A stretch of DNA of 64,000 nt, taken from NCBI GenBank assembly GCA_963789985.1, contig CAWBNA010000015.1, forward strand, positions 76,302 through 140,301. The letters are read 5' to 3'. A model generated the notes under the pieces. The model searched no databases. It was not told the origin of the DNA and saw nothing but the letters and a program-made list of their open reading frames with translations. A program made the position numbers and the translations under genes. Every line of letters starts with the position of its first letter. Position 1 is the stretch's first letter. Source of the DNA: an uncultured Bacteroidales bacterium (GTDB lineage Bacteria; Bacteroidota; Bacteroidia; Bacteroidales; VadinHA17). Positions 1 through 9,327 of the stretch are shown here, piece after piece.

Positions 1-1
1 T

Positions 2-523
2 GAGACGAGCTTACTGGCAACCCAGGCCATGATTACTTCAGGCGTCTGGGTTCATCTTATAAAAATGATGACAGGCAGAGAAAGACCTGAGGCTGACTAT
101 ATCTTCAGTAAATCCAAAGGAGGTAAATGGTATGGTCCTTTCGCACAGTTTGACCAGGATGTTGCAGTTAAGAAGCCCAATTCCTCTTTTGATTCTTTCC
201 CTTCCGGTCATGCGGCTACTGCATTTTCAATTGCTACGGTATTCGCTTCAAGATACAGCGATATAAAAGCTGTCCCAATATTAAGTTACTCATTAGCCAC
301 ATTGGTAGGAGTTTCAAGATTAACTGAACATATGCACTGGTCTTCTGATGTTTTTGCAGGAGCTTTGCTGGGCTTTGCATGCGGGAAACAAGTTATATCA
401 CATTATGACAAAATGCATAAGAATTCAGCTGGCCCTCTGACGGCAAAATCAAAAAATAAACCTGAACTCACGCTGTTTCAATATAATAAGCAGGTAGGAT
501 TATCTTTAAAATGGCAATCATAG
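2..523 (+). CDS. PAP2-family (acid/lipid) phosphatase, 5' end cut by window edge
   Basis: The frame is open from nt 2, upstream of the first Met at 29. PAP2 signature blocks are present: GRERP, PSGH and SRLTEHMHWSSD (SRx5Hx3D). Confidence 0.8.
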   Translation, partial: ETSLLATQAMITSGVWVHLIKMMTGRERPEADYIFSKSKGGKWYGPFAQFDQDVAVKKPNSSFDSFPSGHAATAFSIATVFASRYSDIKAVPILSYSLATLVGVSRLTEHMHWSSDVFAGALLGFACGKQVISHYDKMHKNSAGPLTAKSKNKPELTLFQYNKQVGLSLKWQS

Positions 524-557
524 GTCATTGACATTTTTTTAAGCCGGACCGTAAAAA

Positions 558-2156
558 ATGGATTATAATAATTCCACAGAGAAGTTTTCTGTTTGGAAAA
601 AGGATGCCTTATTCCTGCTGGTTTTGGTTTCTGTTAATCTGATAATAAAAGCAATACCGGCAGGAATCCTGGAACTGGGAAATGATGAGGTGTATTACTG
701 GACATATGCCTTGTTCCCGGACTGGAGTCATTTTGACCATCCTCCCATGGTAGGGCTATTAATCCAGCTTTTCACATTCAACCTGACTTTTCAGGGTGAG
801 ATTTTTATGAGGGCTGGTTCACTGATCCTGTCATCTGCAGATATCATAATACTCTTTTATCTGGTCCGTCGTACATATTCACGGCCTTCAGCATATTTTG
901 CCGTTGTGATGTATATTTCTTCATTCTATTTTAATATTATCAGCGGACTGTTTATTCTGCCCGACGCTCCCCTAATGTTTTTTGTGCTTCTTGCGCTCTT
1001 CTTTTTATTGCCATCTTTAACGGCAAAAATCCCGACAGGAAAAGATCGTTTCAATATTGTAGTCTTTGGTCTGTTTGCCGGGCTTGCATTCCTGAGCAAA
1101 TATAATTCATTGTTCCTATGGTTTGGCACCGGCCTTTATATAGTGTTCCGCAACAGGATCTGGCTGAAGAAACCGGCATTGTATATAAGTGTACTCATTA
1201 CACTTATTCTATCGATTCCCGTTTTTTACTGGAACTATAAAAATGATTTCATAAGTTTCACATTCCACGGCAACAGAATAGGTCTGTTTCACGATCCTTT
1301 AAATTTCATAAGCTTCATAAAGTTCAACCTGGGACAGTTCTTTTATCAGAATCCGGTTTTATTTACAATTTATTTAATCGCACTTTTTAAAATCTTCAGG
1401 AGAAAGGGACCTGAAATCACTGAAATAAATGCACTCCTCCTTTATCTCGGGTTACCTCTTATCCTGATTTTTATTTTTCTTTCATTATTCCATAATACAC
1501 TGCCTCACTGGACCGGTCCGGCATTCATATGCCTGATCATTCTGAGCAGTGGCTATCTTGCAGATATTAATATTAACAGAAAGAAAAACATTAACAGGGC
1601 ATTGTCTGCAGCCACAGTGTTATATGTTTTTGTACTGGTCATGGGAGTTGTGCAGATAAAAACCGGGATCATTGATTTTACAAATGATTCCGGGTCTGTC
1701 TATCCGGGAAAATATGATTTTACTCTTGATATGTATGGCTGGAAACAGGCAAAAGAGAAGTTTGCAATATTCCTTGAAAAAGAGGGGGTACCTGAAAATG
1801 ATCACCGGCAGGTGGCAATAGTTTCCGATAAGTGGTTCCCTGCAGCACACCTGGACTACTATATAGCCCACCCTCTTAACATTAAGCTAATTGCTCTTGG
1901 CAGCATTGGAAGGATACATAAATATTACTGGATAAATAAAATCAGAAAATTATATGCAACCGACAGGGTATTTTATATCACCGACTCCAGAAATTACAAT
2001 GGTCCTGAAGAGTTTGCCGGTTGTTTCTCAAAGATAATCCCGGAAGATACATTGACTATTGACAGAAACCACAAAGCTGTCAAGTATATTTATATTTACG
2101 ATATGGTAAATTTCAAGTGCGATTCTGTTTTTAATCCATCCCATACACGGTTCTGA
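558..2156 (+). CDS. GT-C fold glycosyltransferase, ArnT/PMT (GT39/GT83-like) family
   Basis: 532-aa polytopic membrane ORF with ATG at 558. The N-terminal block LGNDEVYYWTYA...DHPPMVG is typical of ArnT/PMT_2 polyprenyl-phosphate-sugar transferases, and many TM segments follow. Confidence 0.75.
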   Translation: MDYNNSTEKFSVWKKDALFLLVLVSVNLIIKAIPAGILELGNDEVYYWTYALFPDWSHFDHPPMVGLLIQLFTFNLTFQGEIFMRAGSLILSSADIIILFYLVRRTYSRPSAYFAVVMYISSFYFNIISGLFILPDAPLMFFVLLALFFLLPSLTAKIPTGKDRFNIVVFGLFAGLAFLSKYNSLFLWFGTGLYIVFRNRIWLKKPALYISVLITLILSIPVFYWNYKNDFISFTFHGNRIGLFHDPLNFISFIKFNLGQFFYQNPVLFTIYLIALFKIFRRKGPEITEINALLLYLGLPLILIFIFLSLFHNTLPHWTGPAFICLIILSSGYLADININRKKNINRALSAATVLYVFVLVMGVVQIKTGIIDFTNDSGSVYPGKYDFTLDMYGWKQAKEKFAIFLEKEGVPENDHRQVAIVSDKWFPAAHLDYYIAHPLNIKLIALGSIGRIHKYYWINKIRKLYATDRVFYITDSRNYNGPEEFAGCFSKIIPEDTLTIDRNHKAVKYIYIYDMVNFKCDSVFNPSHTRF

Positions 2157-2176
2157 CCGATCTGCGATGCTTATTC

Positions 2177-2596
2177 TCAGAATGTAAAAAAATAGTTCAT
2201 AAAGAAATTCCACAGGAATACCAAAAGTGTAGCTATACCTTTTGAAACATAGAAGTTCAGCCTGAATTTATAATCATGAAAGAAATAGACAGTGAGATTG
2301 TTCAGCAGTAGTCCGATTAATGATATTATAAAAAATTTTGAGAACTGCATAATTACCGCAGGATTTGTGTTGTTAAAAGTCCATATCCTGTTCAAAATAA
2401 AATTGGAAGTTGCCGCAAGAGTAAAACCGATACTGTTTGATATGTATTTCCTTACCTTCAGGACCTCCTTAAGAAAGGAGGTAACCCCAAAATCGACAAT
2501 CATTCCTGAAATTCCCACCAATCCGAATTTCAGGAATTTCATTATAAATGAAATATCAGCTGTATCTGAAAACCCGACAAAGTATTTATTATCCAT
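2177..2596 (-). CDS. GtrA-family membrane protein
   Basis: 139 aa with 4 TM segments. Contains FLKFGLVGISGMIVDFGV and NRIWTF blocks typical of GtrA. An internal Met at 2542 (MKFLKFGLVG) is a plausible true start. Convergent with the GT-C gene. Confidence 0.75.
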   Translation of the reverse strand: MDNKYFVGFSDTADISFIMKFLKFGLVGISGMIVDFGVTSFLKEVLKVRKYISNSIGFTLAATSNFILNRIWTFNNTNPAVIMQFSKFFIISLIGLLLNNLTVYFFHDYKFRLNFYVSKGIATLLVFLWNFFMNYFFTF

Positions 2597-2957
2597 AAAT
2601 ATAGTACCCGGAGTTGATTGTTTAAAAAAGCCCGGGGTTCACAAAGCATTTAGCCATGGCAGATTGACAACATCATAGTCTGTAATCCGGCCAGAGTTTT
2701 TCCCGGTAAAAATGATCAGACAAATTTATTTATTTTAAAACAATCCTGCTTTCCCCTTTCTCTTTTGCCGTTGCGCCAGCTGAATTGAAAAGGGTATTAG
2801 AATGGCGGGCCAGACCAATTTTCGCATTTCCGGACTGATAGGGCATATTTTTAAACTGGATGAATTTCTGAAATAAACTCCTGAAAAACATCTGAAATAA
2901 TCACCTTGGTTTAAGCAGCCTTACAATTACCCTTGATTAATTTACCCTTAAAACATC

Positions 2958-3006
2958 TTTATAAAATCTTTATAAATTCCTGGGAATTTTTTATAACTTC
3001 TTTATG
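2958..3006 (+). promoter_or_regulatory. Candidate OmpR/KdpE-type operator: two phased hexamer pairs
   Basis: TTTATA (2958-2963), 5 nt, TTTATA (2969-2974); then TTTATA (2990-2995), 5 nt, TTTATG (3001-3006). The pairs lie 85-133 bp upstream of the kimA-like ATG. The 11-bp phasing matches the E. coli KdpE operator layout as I recall it. Confidence 0.4.
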
Positions 3007-3090
3007 GGCATCCATATAATTTCGCGCGATTTTATAAACCGATTAGGCAAATTTTTAATAACTTTCAGTTGTTTAGTCAATTATTGGTAA

Positions 3091-5112
3091 ATGAAAAAAC
3101 GCCGAGTGGATGTTCTGACTGAAAGGTTGTCGTTTGCCGAAAAACTGAAGAATGCGTTTATTGGTAAGGCTAAAACCGTCCAGGACAAAGGATTATTTCA
3201 TAAATTAACATTAGTAGCTTTTTTTGCGTGGGTAGGACTTGGAGCAGATGGGATATCATCATCATGTTACGGTCCTGAAGAAGCGTTCCGGAATTTACAG
3301 GGACACCCAAGCCTGGCAATTTTTGTAGCTTTTGGCACCGTATTCACAATTATAATTATCAGTTCCAGCTATAACCAGATAGTTCGCCTGTTCCCTCATG
3401 GAGGTGGCGGATATCTGGTAGGCAGTAAATTGTTGTCACCTGTTGTTGGAATGATTTCAGGTTCTGCGCTCATAATTGACTACGTACTTACAATTACACT
3501 CTCCGTATCAAGCGGTGCTGATGCTCTGTTCAGTTTTTTCCCGGCTGAAATGCAGATATACAAGCTCCCTTTTGCCCTGCTGGGAGTTTGTTTTCTTATT
3601 TTACTGAATTTAAGAGGTGTTAAAGAATCAGTGGTTTCTCTCACCCCGATATTTGTGATCTTTGTAACCACGCATATAATTGCCATTTTATACGGAATTT
3701 TTTTGCATTCATCCAATATTACAGCAGTTGCAAGTCAGACAACTCATGAAATCAACTCAACAGTCTCACAATTTGGCTTTTTGGCTACATTCTTCATAAT
3801 TCTCCGGGCATACAGTATGGGCGCAGGTACCTATACCGGAATCGAGGCAGTCAGTAACGGGATGCCCATCCTGAGAGAACCCAAAGTTGCAACAGCCAGA
3901 AAGACAATGTTGCTGATGGTTGTCTCACTTTCATTTATGGTGCTGGGACTGATGATATGCTATATGCTTTTTAATGTTCAGCTTAATACTCATAAAACTT
4001 TGAATGCCGTACTACTTGATAATCTTACAGCCGGGTGGGGGCATTTCTGGGCAAGAAGTTTTGTTCTGATTACCCTGGTATCTGAAGCTGCCTTGCTCTT
4101 TGTTGCTGCACAGACAGGATTTATCGATGGTCCCAGAATTATGGGAAATATGGCAATTGACCACTGGTTTCCTAAAAGATTTGCTTCCCTCAGCGATCGC
4201 CTGGTAACTATGAACGGAGTTCTGATGATGGGGATAGCGTCTATTATCCTTATGATCATATCAAAAGGTTCAGTCGCATTACTTGTTGTTTTGTACAGTA
4301 TCAATGTGTTTATTACGTTTACCATTTCGCAGATAGGAATGGTCAGGCATTGGTGGCTGAACAGAGAAAAACAGCAGCCGTGGAAAAGGAAACTTACAAT
4401 AAATGGCATCGGGCTGATACTTACTTCTTTTATCCTGATATCGGTTATTATTTTGAAATTCAGACAAGGCGGCTGGGCTACTTTGCTTATTACCGGTTTG
4501 CTTATATTTCTGGCAATAAACATTAAACGACACTATTTTACAGTTGCTGTCAAACTTCAGAAGGTAAGACTGAATGCTTTCAGTGAAATTGAAAGCTTAA
4601 TAGGGAAGCATACATTTTCAGATAAAAAACCGAAAAAAATATGCTTCAACAAAGAAGGCAAAACTGCAATCATATTGGTTAGTGGTTTCGGGGGAACAGG
4701 GTTATATACATTCTTACGGATCCTCGAAAACTTCAAGGGCGTTTACAGCAATATGGTTTTCATCAGGGTTGGCATTATTAATTCCAAAAATTACAGGGGC
4801 ACTGAAGAACTGGAGCAGTTTAAAAAACAGGTAAAAGAAGACGGTGAAAAGTATGTTACCGTCGCAAATCAGTTTGGTTTTTATGGGAAAAGTATCTGGA
4901 CAATCGGAACCGACCCGGTGGATGAAATATACCGCATCGTGAAAAAAATAAGGCCCAGATTATCGGGTGCAGCATTTTTCGGCGGTCAGCTTGTATTCTC
5001 CAAAACATTTTACCTTTCGAAATTACTGCATAACCATACAATTTTTTCGATTCAGAAAAGGTTTTTCAAATTTGGAATACCCATAGTCATTTTCCCCATA
5101 AAGGTGGATTGA
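3091..5112 (+). CDS. kimA: APC-superfamily K+ transporter, KimA (YdaO) type
   Basis: 673 aa: an APC-fold TM core plus a roughly 200-aa soluble C-terminal domain. Blocks FIGK..HKL, PHGGGGYLV, IDYVLTITLSVSSGADA, LNLRGVKES, GTYTGIEAVSNGMP and C-terminal LLHNHT parallel B. subtilis KimA as I remember it. Confidence 0.7.
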   Translation: MKKRRVDVLTERLSFAEKLKNAFIGKAKTVQDKGLFHKLTLVAFFAWVGLGADGISSSCYGPEEAFRNLQGHPSLAIFVAFGTVFTIIIISSSYNQIVRLFPHGGGGYLVGSKLLSPVVGMISGSALIIDYVLTITLSVSSGADALFSFFPAEMQIYKLPFALLGVCFLILLNLRGVKESVVSLTPIFVIFVTTHIIAILYGIFLHSSNITAVASQTTHEINSTVSQFGFLATFFIILRAYSMGAGTYTGIEAVSNGMPILREPKVATARKTMLLMVVSLSFMVLGLMICYMLFNVQLNTHKTLNAVLLDNLTAGWGHFWARSFVLITLVSEAALLFVAAQTGFIDGPRIMGNMAIDHWFPKRFASLSDRLVTMNGVLMMGIASIILMIISKGSVALLVVLYSINVFITFTISQIGMVRHWWLNREKQQPWKRKLTINGIGLILTSFILISVIILKFRQGGWATLLITGLLIFLAINIKRHYFTVAVKLQKVRLNAFSEIESLIGKHTFSDKKPKKICFNKEGKTAIILVSGFGGTGLYTFLRILENFKGVYSNMVFIRVGIINSKNYRGTEELEQFKKQVKEDGEKYVTVANQFGFYGKSIWTIGTDPVDEIYRIVKKIRPRLSGAAFFGGQLVFSKTFYLSKLLHNHTIFSIQKRFFKFGIPIVIFPIKVD

Positions 5113-5184
5113 TCAAAAGAATGGTTACCGGCATGGATCGGTTTACCAATGTTTTCATTTAATTTTAGGTCCCGAATGAATTAA

Positions 5185-6726
5185 ATGAAAAACCTGCATA
5201 AAACCGGGCATTCAAAAAGCACGCTAACATTTCCGGTATTAACATCAAGTATCTGGCAATATGTTCTTGTTGTTTTAATTATTGCTCTCAGTTCAGGCAT
5301 TTGTTTCTATTTTACAGAATATATTGGATATCAGACCGTTTCATTTATCCTGCTGTTTGTAGTTTCAATTCTGTCAATTTTTATGGGCATAGGGCCAATT
5401 ACCCTCGCATCAACACTCAGCGCATTCATCTGGAACTTTTTTTTCATCCCGCCGAAGTTTACAATTAATATTGAAAAGACTGAAGATGCACTGATGTTTG
5501 GAATGTTCTTCATCATTGCACTTGTAAACGGGGTGCTCACATCCAGGGTAAGAAGACAGGAAAGGCTTGCTGTTGAACGTGAAGAGCGCACCAATGCCCT
5601 TTATCAGCTTACGAAGGGATTGGCAAATGCTGATAATATGGATGAATTGATCACAGTTGCAGTAAAGAATATTAAACTGCATTTCGGACTTGATGTCATC
5701 ATTATTTTGCAGGATGGAGATAACCATCTTATGGAATACTCCAGGGATCCTTTACTTAAAAAGCTGACCTCACAAGAGCTCAGTGTTGCAGAATGGGCAT
5801 TCAAAAATTCATTGAAAGCCGGTAAATACACGGAATCGCACGATTCGGAAAATTACACTTTTTATCCCCTTACGGGGAACACTATTAAACCTGGGATCAT
5901 GGCGGCAAAGCATCCAAGGCCTATTAATGGCAATAAAGATGAATTCTGGGATACATTTATCACTCAGATCTCAAATGCAATCGAAAGGGAATATTTAAAT
6001 GAGCTTGCCAGGAAAGCACGTATTCTGGATGAATCGGACAAATTATACAAGACTCTTTTTAATTCTATTTCGCATGAACTCCGGATTCCGGTTTCCACTA
6101 TTATCAGTGCTTCTGAATCACTTCTGGCAACAAAGCATCCTGAGGATATCCGTAAAGAACTTTCCCGGGAAATACTCAAGGCATCCACAAGGCTGAACCG
6201 CCTGATTGAAAACCTGCTTAACATGTCCCGCCTCGAAAGCGGCAGGATAACCCCGAGGCTTGACTGGTGCGATATTCATGATCTGATAAATAAAGTCACC
6301 GACAACCTTCAGGATGAAATCAGGCCGTTTCACCTTAAAGTCGAAATTGACGATGACATGCCTTTCGTAAGGATCGATTTCGGTCTGCTGGAACAGGTAC
6401 TCTCTAACCTTATATACAATGCTACACAGTATGCCAGCAATTCAACAGATTTGACTGTAAAGGCATTTTACGAAAAAGGAATGCTGTTTCTGCAGATCCT
6501 GGACAGAGGCCCGGGCTTCACGGCAAATGAAATATCTCTTATTTTTAACAAGTTCTACAGGGTCGAAGGATCTAAGGCCGGAGGAACCGGTTTGGGACTT
6601 TCAATAGCAAAAGGGTTCATTGAAGCTCAAAATGGAACAATAATTGCAGAAAACAGAAAGGATGGAGGTGCAATGTTTACTATTAAAATACCGACAGATA
6701 AACCACAGGAAGAATTTAAGGGATAA
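5185..6726 (+). CDS. Sensor histidine kinase, KdpD-type C-terminal half (DUF4118 membrane domain + GAF-like + HisKA + HATPase)
   Basis: 513 aa. TM block ending NFFFIPPKFT (KdpD/DUF4118 signature). H-box SHELRIPVSTI, N-box NLIYNATQY, G-boxes DRGPGF and GGTGLGLSIAKG. No N-terminal Kdp-sensor/USP domain. Confidence 0.8.
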   Translation: MKNLHKTGHSKSTLTFPVLTSSIWQYVLVVLIIALSSGICFYFTEYIGYQTVSFILLFVVSILSIFMGIGPITLASTLSAFIWNFFFIPPKFTINIEKTEDALMFGMFFIIALVNGVLTSRVRRQERLAVEREERTNALYQLTKGLANADNMDELITVAVKNIKLHFGLDVIIILQDGDNHLMEYSRDPLLKKLTSQELSVAEWAFKNSLKAGKYTESHDSENYTFYPLTGNTIKPGIMAAKHPRPINGNKDEFWDTFITQISNAIEREYLNELARKARILDESDKLYKTLFNSISHELRIPVSTIISASESLLATKHPEDIRKELSREILKASTRLNRLIENLLNMSRLESGRITPRLDWCDIHDLINKVTDNLQDEIRPFHLKVEIDDDMPFVRIDFGLLEQVLSNLIYNATQYASNSTDLTVKAFYEKGMLFLQILDRGPGFTANEISLIFNKFYRVEGSKAGGTGLGLSIAKGFIEAQNGTIIAENRKDGGAMFTIKIPTDKPQEEFKG

Positions 6727-6739
6727 AAAATAATTACAT

Positions 6740-7423
6740 ATGAATTTACCGGATACTATATTAATTATTGACGATGAAGTGCAAATACGTCGTCTGCTTG
6801 AAATAACCCTTTCATCTAATGGATATAAGGTTTCTGAAGCAGCCACCGGCAAGGATGGAATTATTGCTGCCGCCACCCATAATCCGGCACTGATTATTCT
6901 TGACCTTGGATTACCGGATGTTGATGGCGGCGAAGTCCTGAAAAAAATAAGAGAATGGTACCAGAAACCTGTCATTGTTCTTTCGGTCAGGAATTCCGAA
7001 GACGATGTAATAAACGCTCTTGATAACGGAGCCAATGATTACCTTACAAAACCCTTCAGAACAGGGGAACTTCTTGCACGTATCAGAGTTGCTTTACTTC
7101 ATAAGCCGGATAATGCGAATAATACCAATCTGACTTTTGATACGCTCACAATCGATCTGCCAAATCATATTGCCCGGAAGAACGGTGAAATTATCAAATT
7201 AACTTCTACCGAATTTTCACTTTTGGCTCTCTTTGCAAAAAATTCAGGAAGGGTGCTCACTCATCAGACCATCTTAAAAGAAATATGGGGGTTCGGATAT
7301 GTTGGCCAGACCCAGTATTTAAGAGTCTTTGTAGCTCAGCTCAGGAAAAAAATCGAGGATGATCCGGCTAAACCAAAATTGCTTATTACTGAATCAGGAA
7401 TCGGATATCGCTTCAATGAATAA
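6740..7423 (+). CDS. kdpE: OmpR-family response regulator, KdpE-like
   Basis: 227 aa, starting 13 nt after the kinase stop. The receiver block ILIIDDEVQIRR...LIILDLGLPDVDG...PVIVLSVR...GANDYLTKPF closely parallels E. coli KdpE. C-terminal winged helix (GYRF). Confidence 0.8.
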   Translation: MNLPDTILIIDDEVQIRRLLEITLSSNGYKVSEAATGKDGIIAAATHNPALIILDLGLPDVDGGEVLKKIREWYQKPVIVLSVRNSEDDVINALDNGANDYLTKPFRTGELLARIRVALLHKPDNANNTNLTFDTLTIDLPNHIARKNGEIIKLTSTEFSLLALFAKNSGRVLTHQTILKEIWGFGYVGQTQYLRVFVAQLRKKIEDDPAKPKLLITESGIGYRFNE

Positions 7424-7656
7424 TTTAAACCTGAAAAAAGAACTGCTTTTGGTTGCCCGCCGCTGTTTCTCTGATCTGATTCCGGAGTGAATAAATTTCA
7501 GTCTGGCAAACCTGAATTAAATAATATGGGTGGGGTTTCCCGAATCGGTACTGTTAATGTTTTAACAAATATTTAACGCATTGATACAACCATATTTCCT
7601 CGCTTTGAAATAATTTCACCCGGTTTTTTGTAATCATAATGCTAAACCGATTTGAG

Positions 7657-8583
7657 ATGGATATTATTATTGAGAATCTTACCAAGCGATTCGGAAATCA
7701 AAAAGCTGTAGACAATATTTCCCTGAAAGTTGCTACAGGTGAGATACTTGGATTTCTAGGACCTAATGGCGCCGGGAAAACAACCACAATGAAGATCATC
7801 ACTAACTACATTTCTGCAGATGAAGGCAGAGTAATTATCGGCGGAAAGTTGCTGGACGATGATCCTCTGGAGATCAAAAAGCATATAGGCTATCTTCCGG
7901 AGAACAATCCCCTGTATCTGGATATGCCCGTGGTGGATTATCTTGAGTTCTGTGCAAGGATAAACAATATTGAAAAGGACAAGCTTGGAAAGCGTGTAGT
8001 TGAAATGATAATGATGACCGGCCTGAACAAGGAAAAACATAAGAAGATAGGAGAGCTGTCGAAGGGTTTCCGGCAGAGGGTAGGACTTGCCCAGGCAATG
8101 ATACATAATCCTGAAATACTGATTCTCGACGAACCTACATCAGGTCTCGATCCTAACCAGATAGCCGAAATTCGCAGGCTGATACGTGAACTGGGTCGTG
8201 AAAAAACAGTGATCCTGAGCACCCATATTCTCCCTGAAGTCGAGGCTACCTGCGACAGGATTTTTATTATCAATAAAGGGAAGCTCGTTGCCGACGGGAC
8301 CGCCGAAACACTGAGAAAAAAGGCTCAGGGATCTGATATAATAAGGGTCAGGATAGAAGATGGTGATCCGAATCAGATATTTAAATCCCTGCAGGGCATA
8401 CCTTCCGTGTCAATGGTCGATTTTGCCGACAGGCACCTGAACAGGTTTGACGTCCACTGCCGGACCGATGAGGTAAAGCGTGAAATTTTCAGGCTTTGCG
8501 TTGATAAGAAATGGGTGCTTACCGAAATGACACCTTTTGAGACAAAACTTGAAGATATCTTCAGGGAACTGACAATGAATTAA
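7657..8583 (+). CDS. gldA: Gliding-motility-associated ABC transporter ATP-binding subunit GldA-like
   Basis: Walker A GPNGAGKTT, signature LSKGFRQR, Walker B ILILDEPTSGLD. The N-terminus MDIIIENLTKRFGNQKAV resembles F. johnsoniae GldA. The ORF track starts at 7639, but the Met at 7657 fits the family N-terminus better. Confidence 0.8.
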   Translation: MDIIIENLTKRFGNQKAVDNISLKVATGEILGFLGPNGAGKTTTMKIITNYISADEGRVIIGGKLLDDDPLEIKKHIGYLPENNPLYLDMPVVDYLEFCARINNIEKDKLGKRVVEMIMMTGLNKEKHKKIGELSKGFRQRVGLAQAMIHNPEILILDEPTSGLDPNQIAEIRRLIRELGREKTVILSTHILPEVEATCDRIFIINKGKLVADGTAETLRKKAQGSDIIRVRIEDGDPNQIFKSLQGIPSVSMVDFADRHLNRFDVHCRTDEVKREIFRLCVDKKWVLTEMTPFETKLEDIFRELTMN

Positions 8584-8594
8584 AATCTTTGATT

Positions 8595-9320
8595 ATGCAA
8601 AACGTCTGGACAATTACAAAACGTGAATTAAACTCATTTTTTGATTCATTGATAGCCATTATCATGATAGTGCTTTTTCTCGGTTTTACGGGATTCTTTA
8701 CCTGGATATCAGGATCTGATATTTTTCTTGTCGGGCAGGCAAGCCTACGCACTTTTTTCGGGATAGCCTACTGGACCCTGTTTTTTTTCATACCGGCTCT
8801 CACAATGCGTCTGCTGGCCGAAGAGAAAAAAACAGGCACTATCGAAATGCTTCTTACAAAACCTGTTACCGACAGACAGGTAATACTTGGTAAATACCTT
8901 GCAACCCTTATTCTGATTGCTATCGCACTGGCTTTCACGCTGCCATATGTAATTACAGTGGCCAAAATCGGGAACATTGATGTAGGAGGCACTCTGTGCG
9001 GATATCTGGCTCTTTTGCTGATAAGCGCAGCTTACGCCAGCATAGGTCTGTTTACAAGCAGTCTTACAAGTAACCAGATAGTGGCTTTTCTTTCGGCTCT
9101 GTTCATCGGGCTTTTCTTCCATATTATCTTCGAAATCATCGCCGGCGGCATGAAAGGATTCTTCGGGCAGATAATCAACACCTTAAGCATGACTGTTCAC
9201 TTTGAAAGTCTTTCACGGGGTGTGCTTGATTCCAAAGACCTTATTTATTTCGCGTCGATAATTTTCATGGGATTATTCCTTACAGAAGTCTCGCTTTCCA
9301 GGCGCAATGCTTATAGTTAA
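8595..9320 (+). CDS. gldF: ABC-2 type permease, GldF-like
   Basis: About 241 aa with 6 TM segments, immediately after gldA. The track start at 8589 is TTG; the first ATG is at 8595. Confidence 0.7.
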   Translation: MQNVWTITKRELNSFFDSLIAIIMIVLFLGFTGFFTWISGSDIFLVGQASLRTFFGIAYWTLFFFIPALTMRLLAEEKKTGTIEMLLTKPVTDRQVILGKYLATLILIAIALAFTLPYVITVAKIGNIDVGGTLCGYLALLLISAAYASIGLFTSSLTSNQIVAFLSALFIGLFFHIIFEIIAGGMKGFFGQIINTLSMTVHFESLSRGVLDSKDLIYFASIIFMGLFLTEVSLSRRNAYS

Positions 9321-9327
9321 CTGATCA

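Noticed and set aside
2292-2678. 128-aa forward ORF overlapping the GtrA gene
   Set aside because: It is fully antisense to a well-supported GtrA-family gene, has low-complexity composition and no recognisable motifs. It is most likely a shadow ORF.
2597-3090. Possible c-di-AMP (ydaO-type) riboswitch in the 494-bp leader of the kimA-like gene, by analogy with B. subtilis kimA
   Set aside because: I could not find the conserved ydaO blocks (ACGGGGA, GGUGAAUC and CCCGAAUCC..CAGCUAACC type segments) or a convincing pseudo-two-fold structure by eye. An Infernal scan would be needed to exclude it formally.
3990-4523. 177-aa and 84-aa reverse ORFs inside the kimA-like gene
   Set aside because: They are antisense to a strongly conserved transporter core and have no family signature. 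They are typical shadow ORFs of an AT-rich coding region.
6601-7035. 144-aa reverse ORF spanning the kinase/response-regulator junction
   Set aside because: It overlaps two well-supported forward genes and has Ser/Pro/Arg-rich antisense-type composition.
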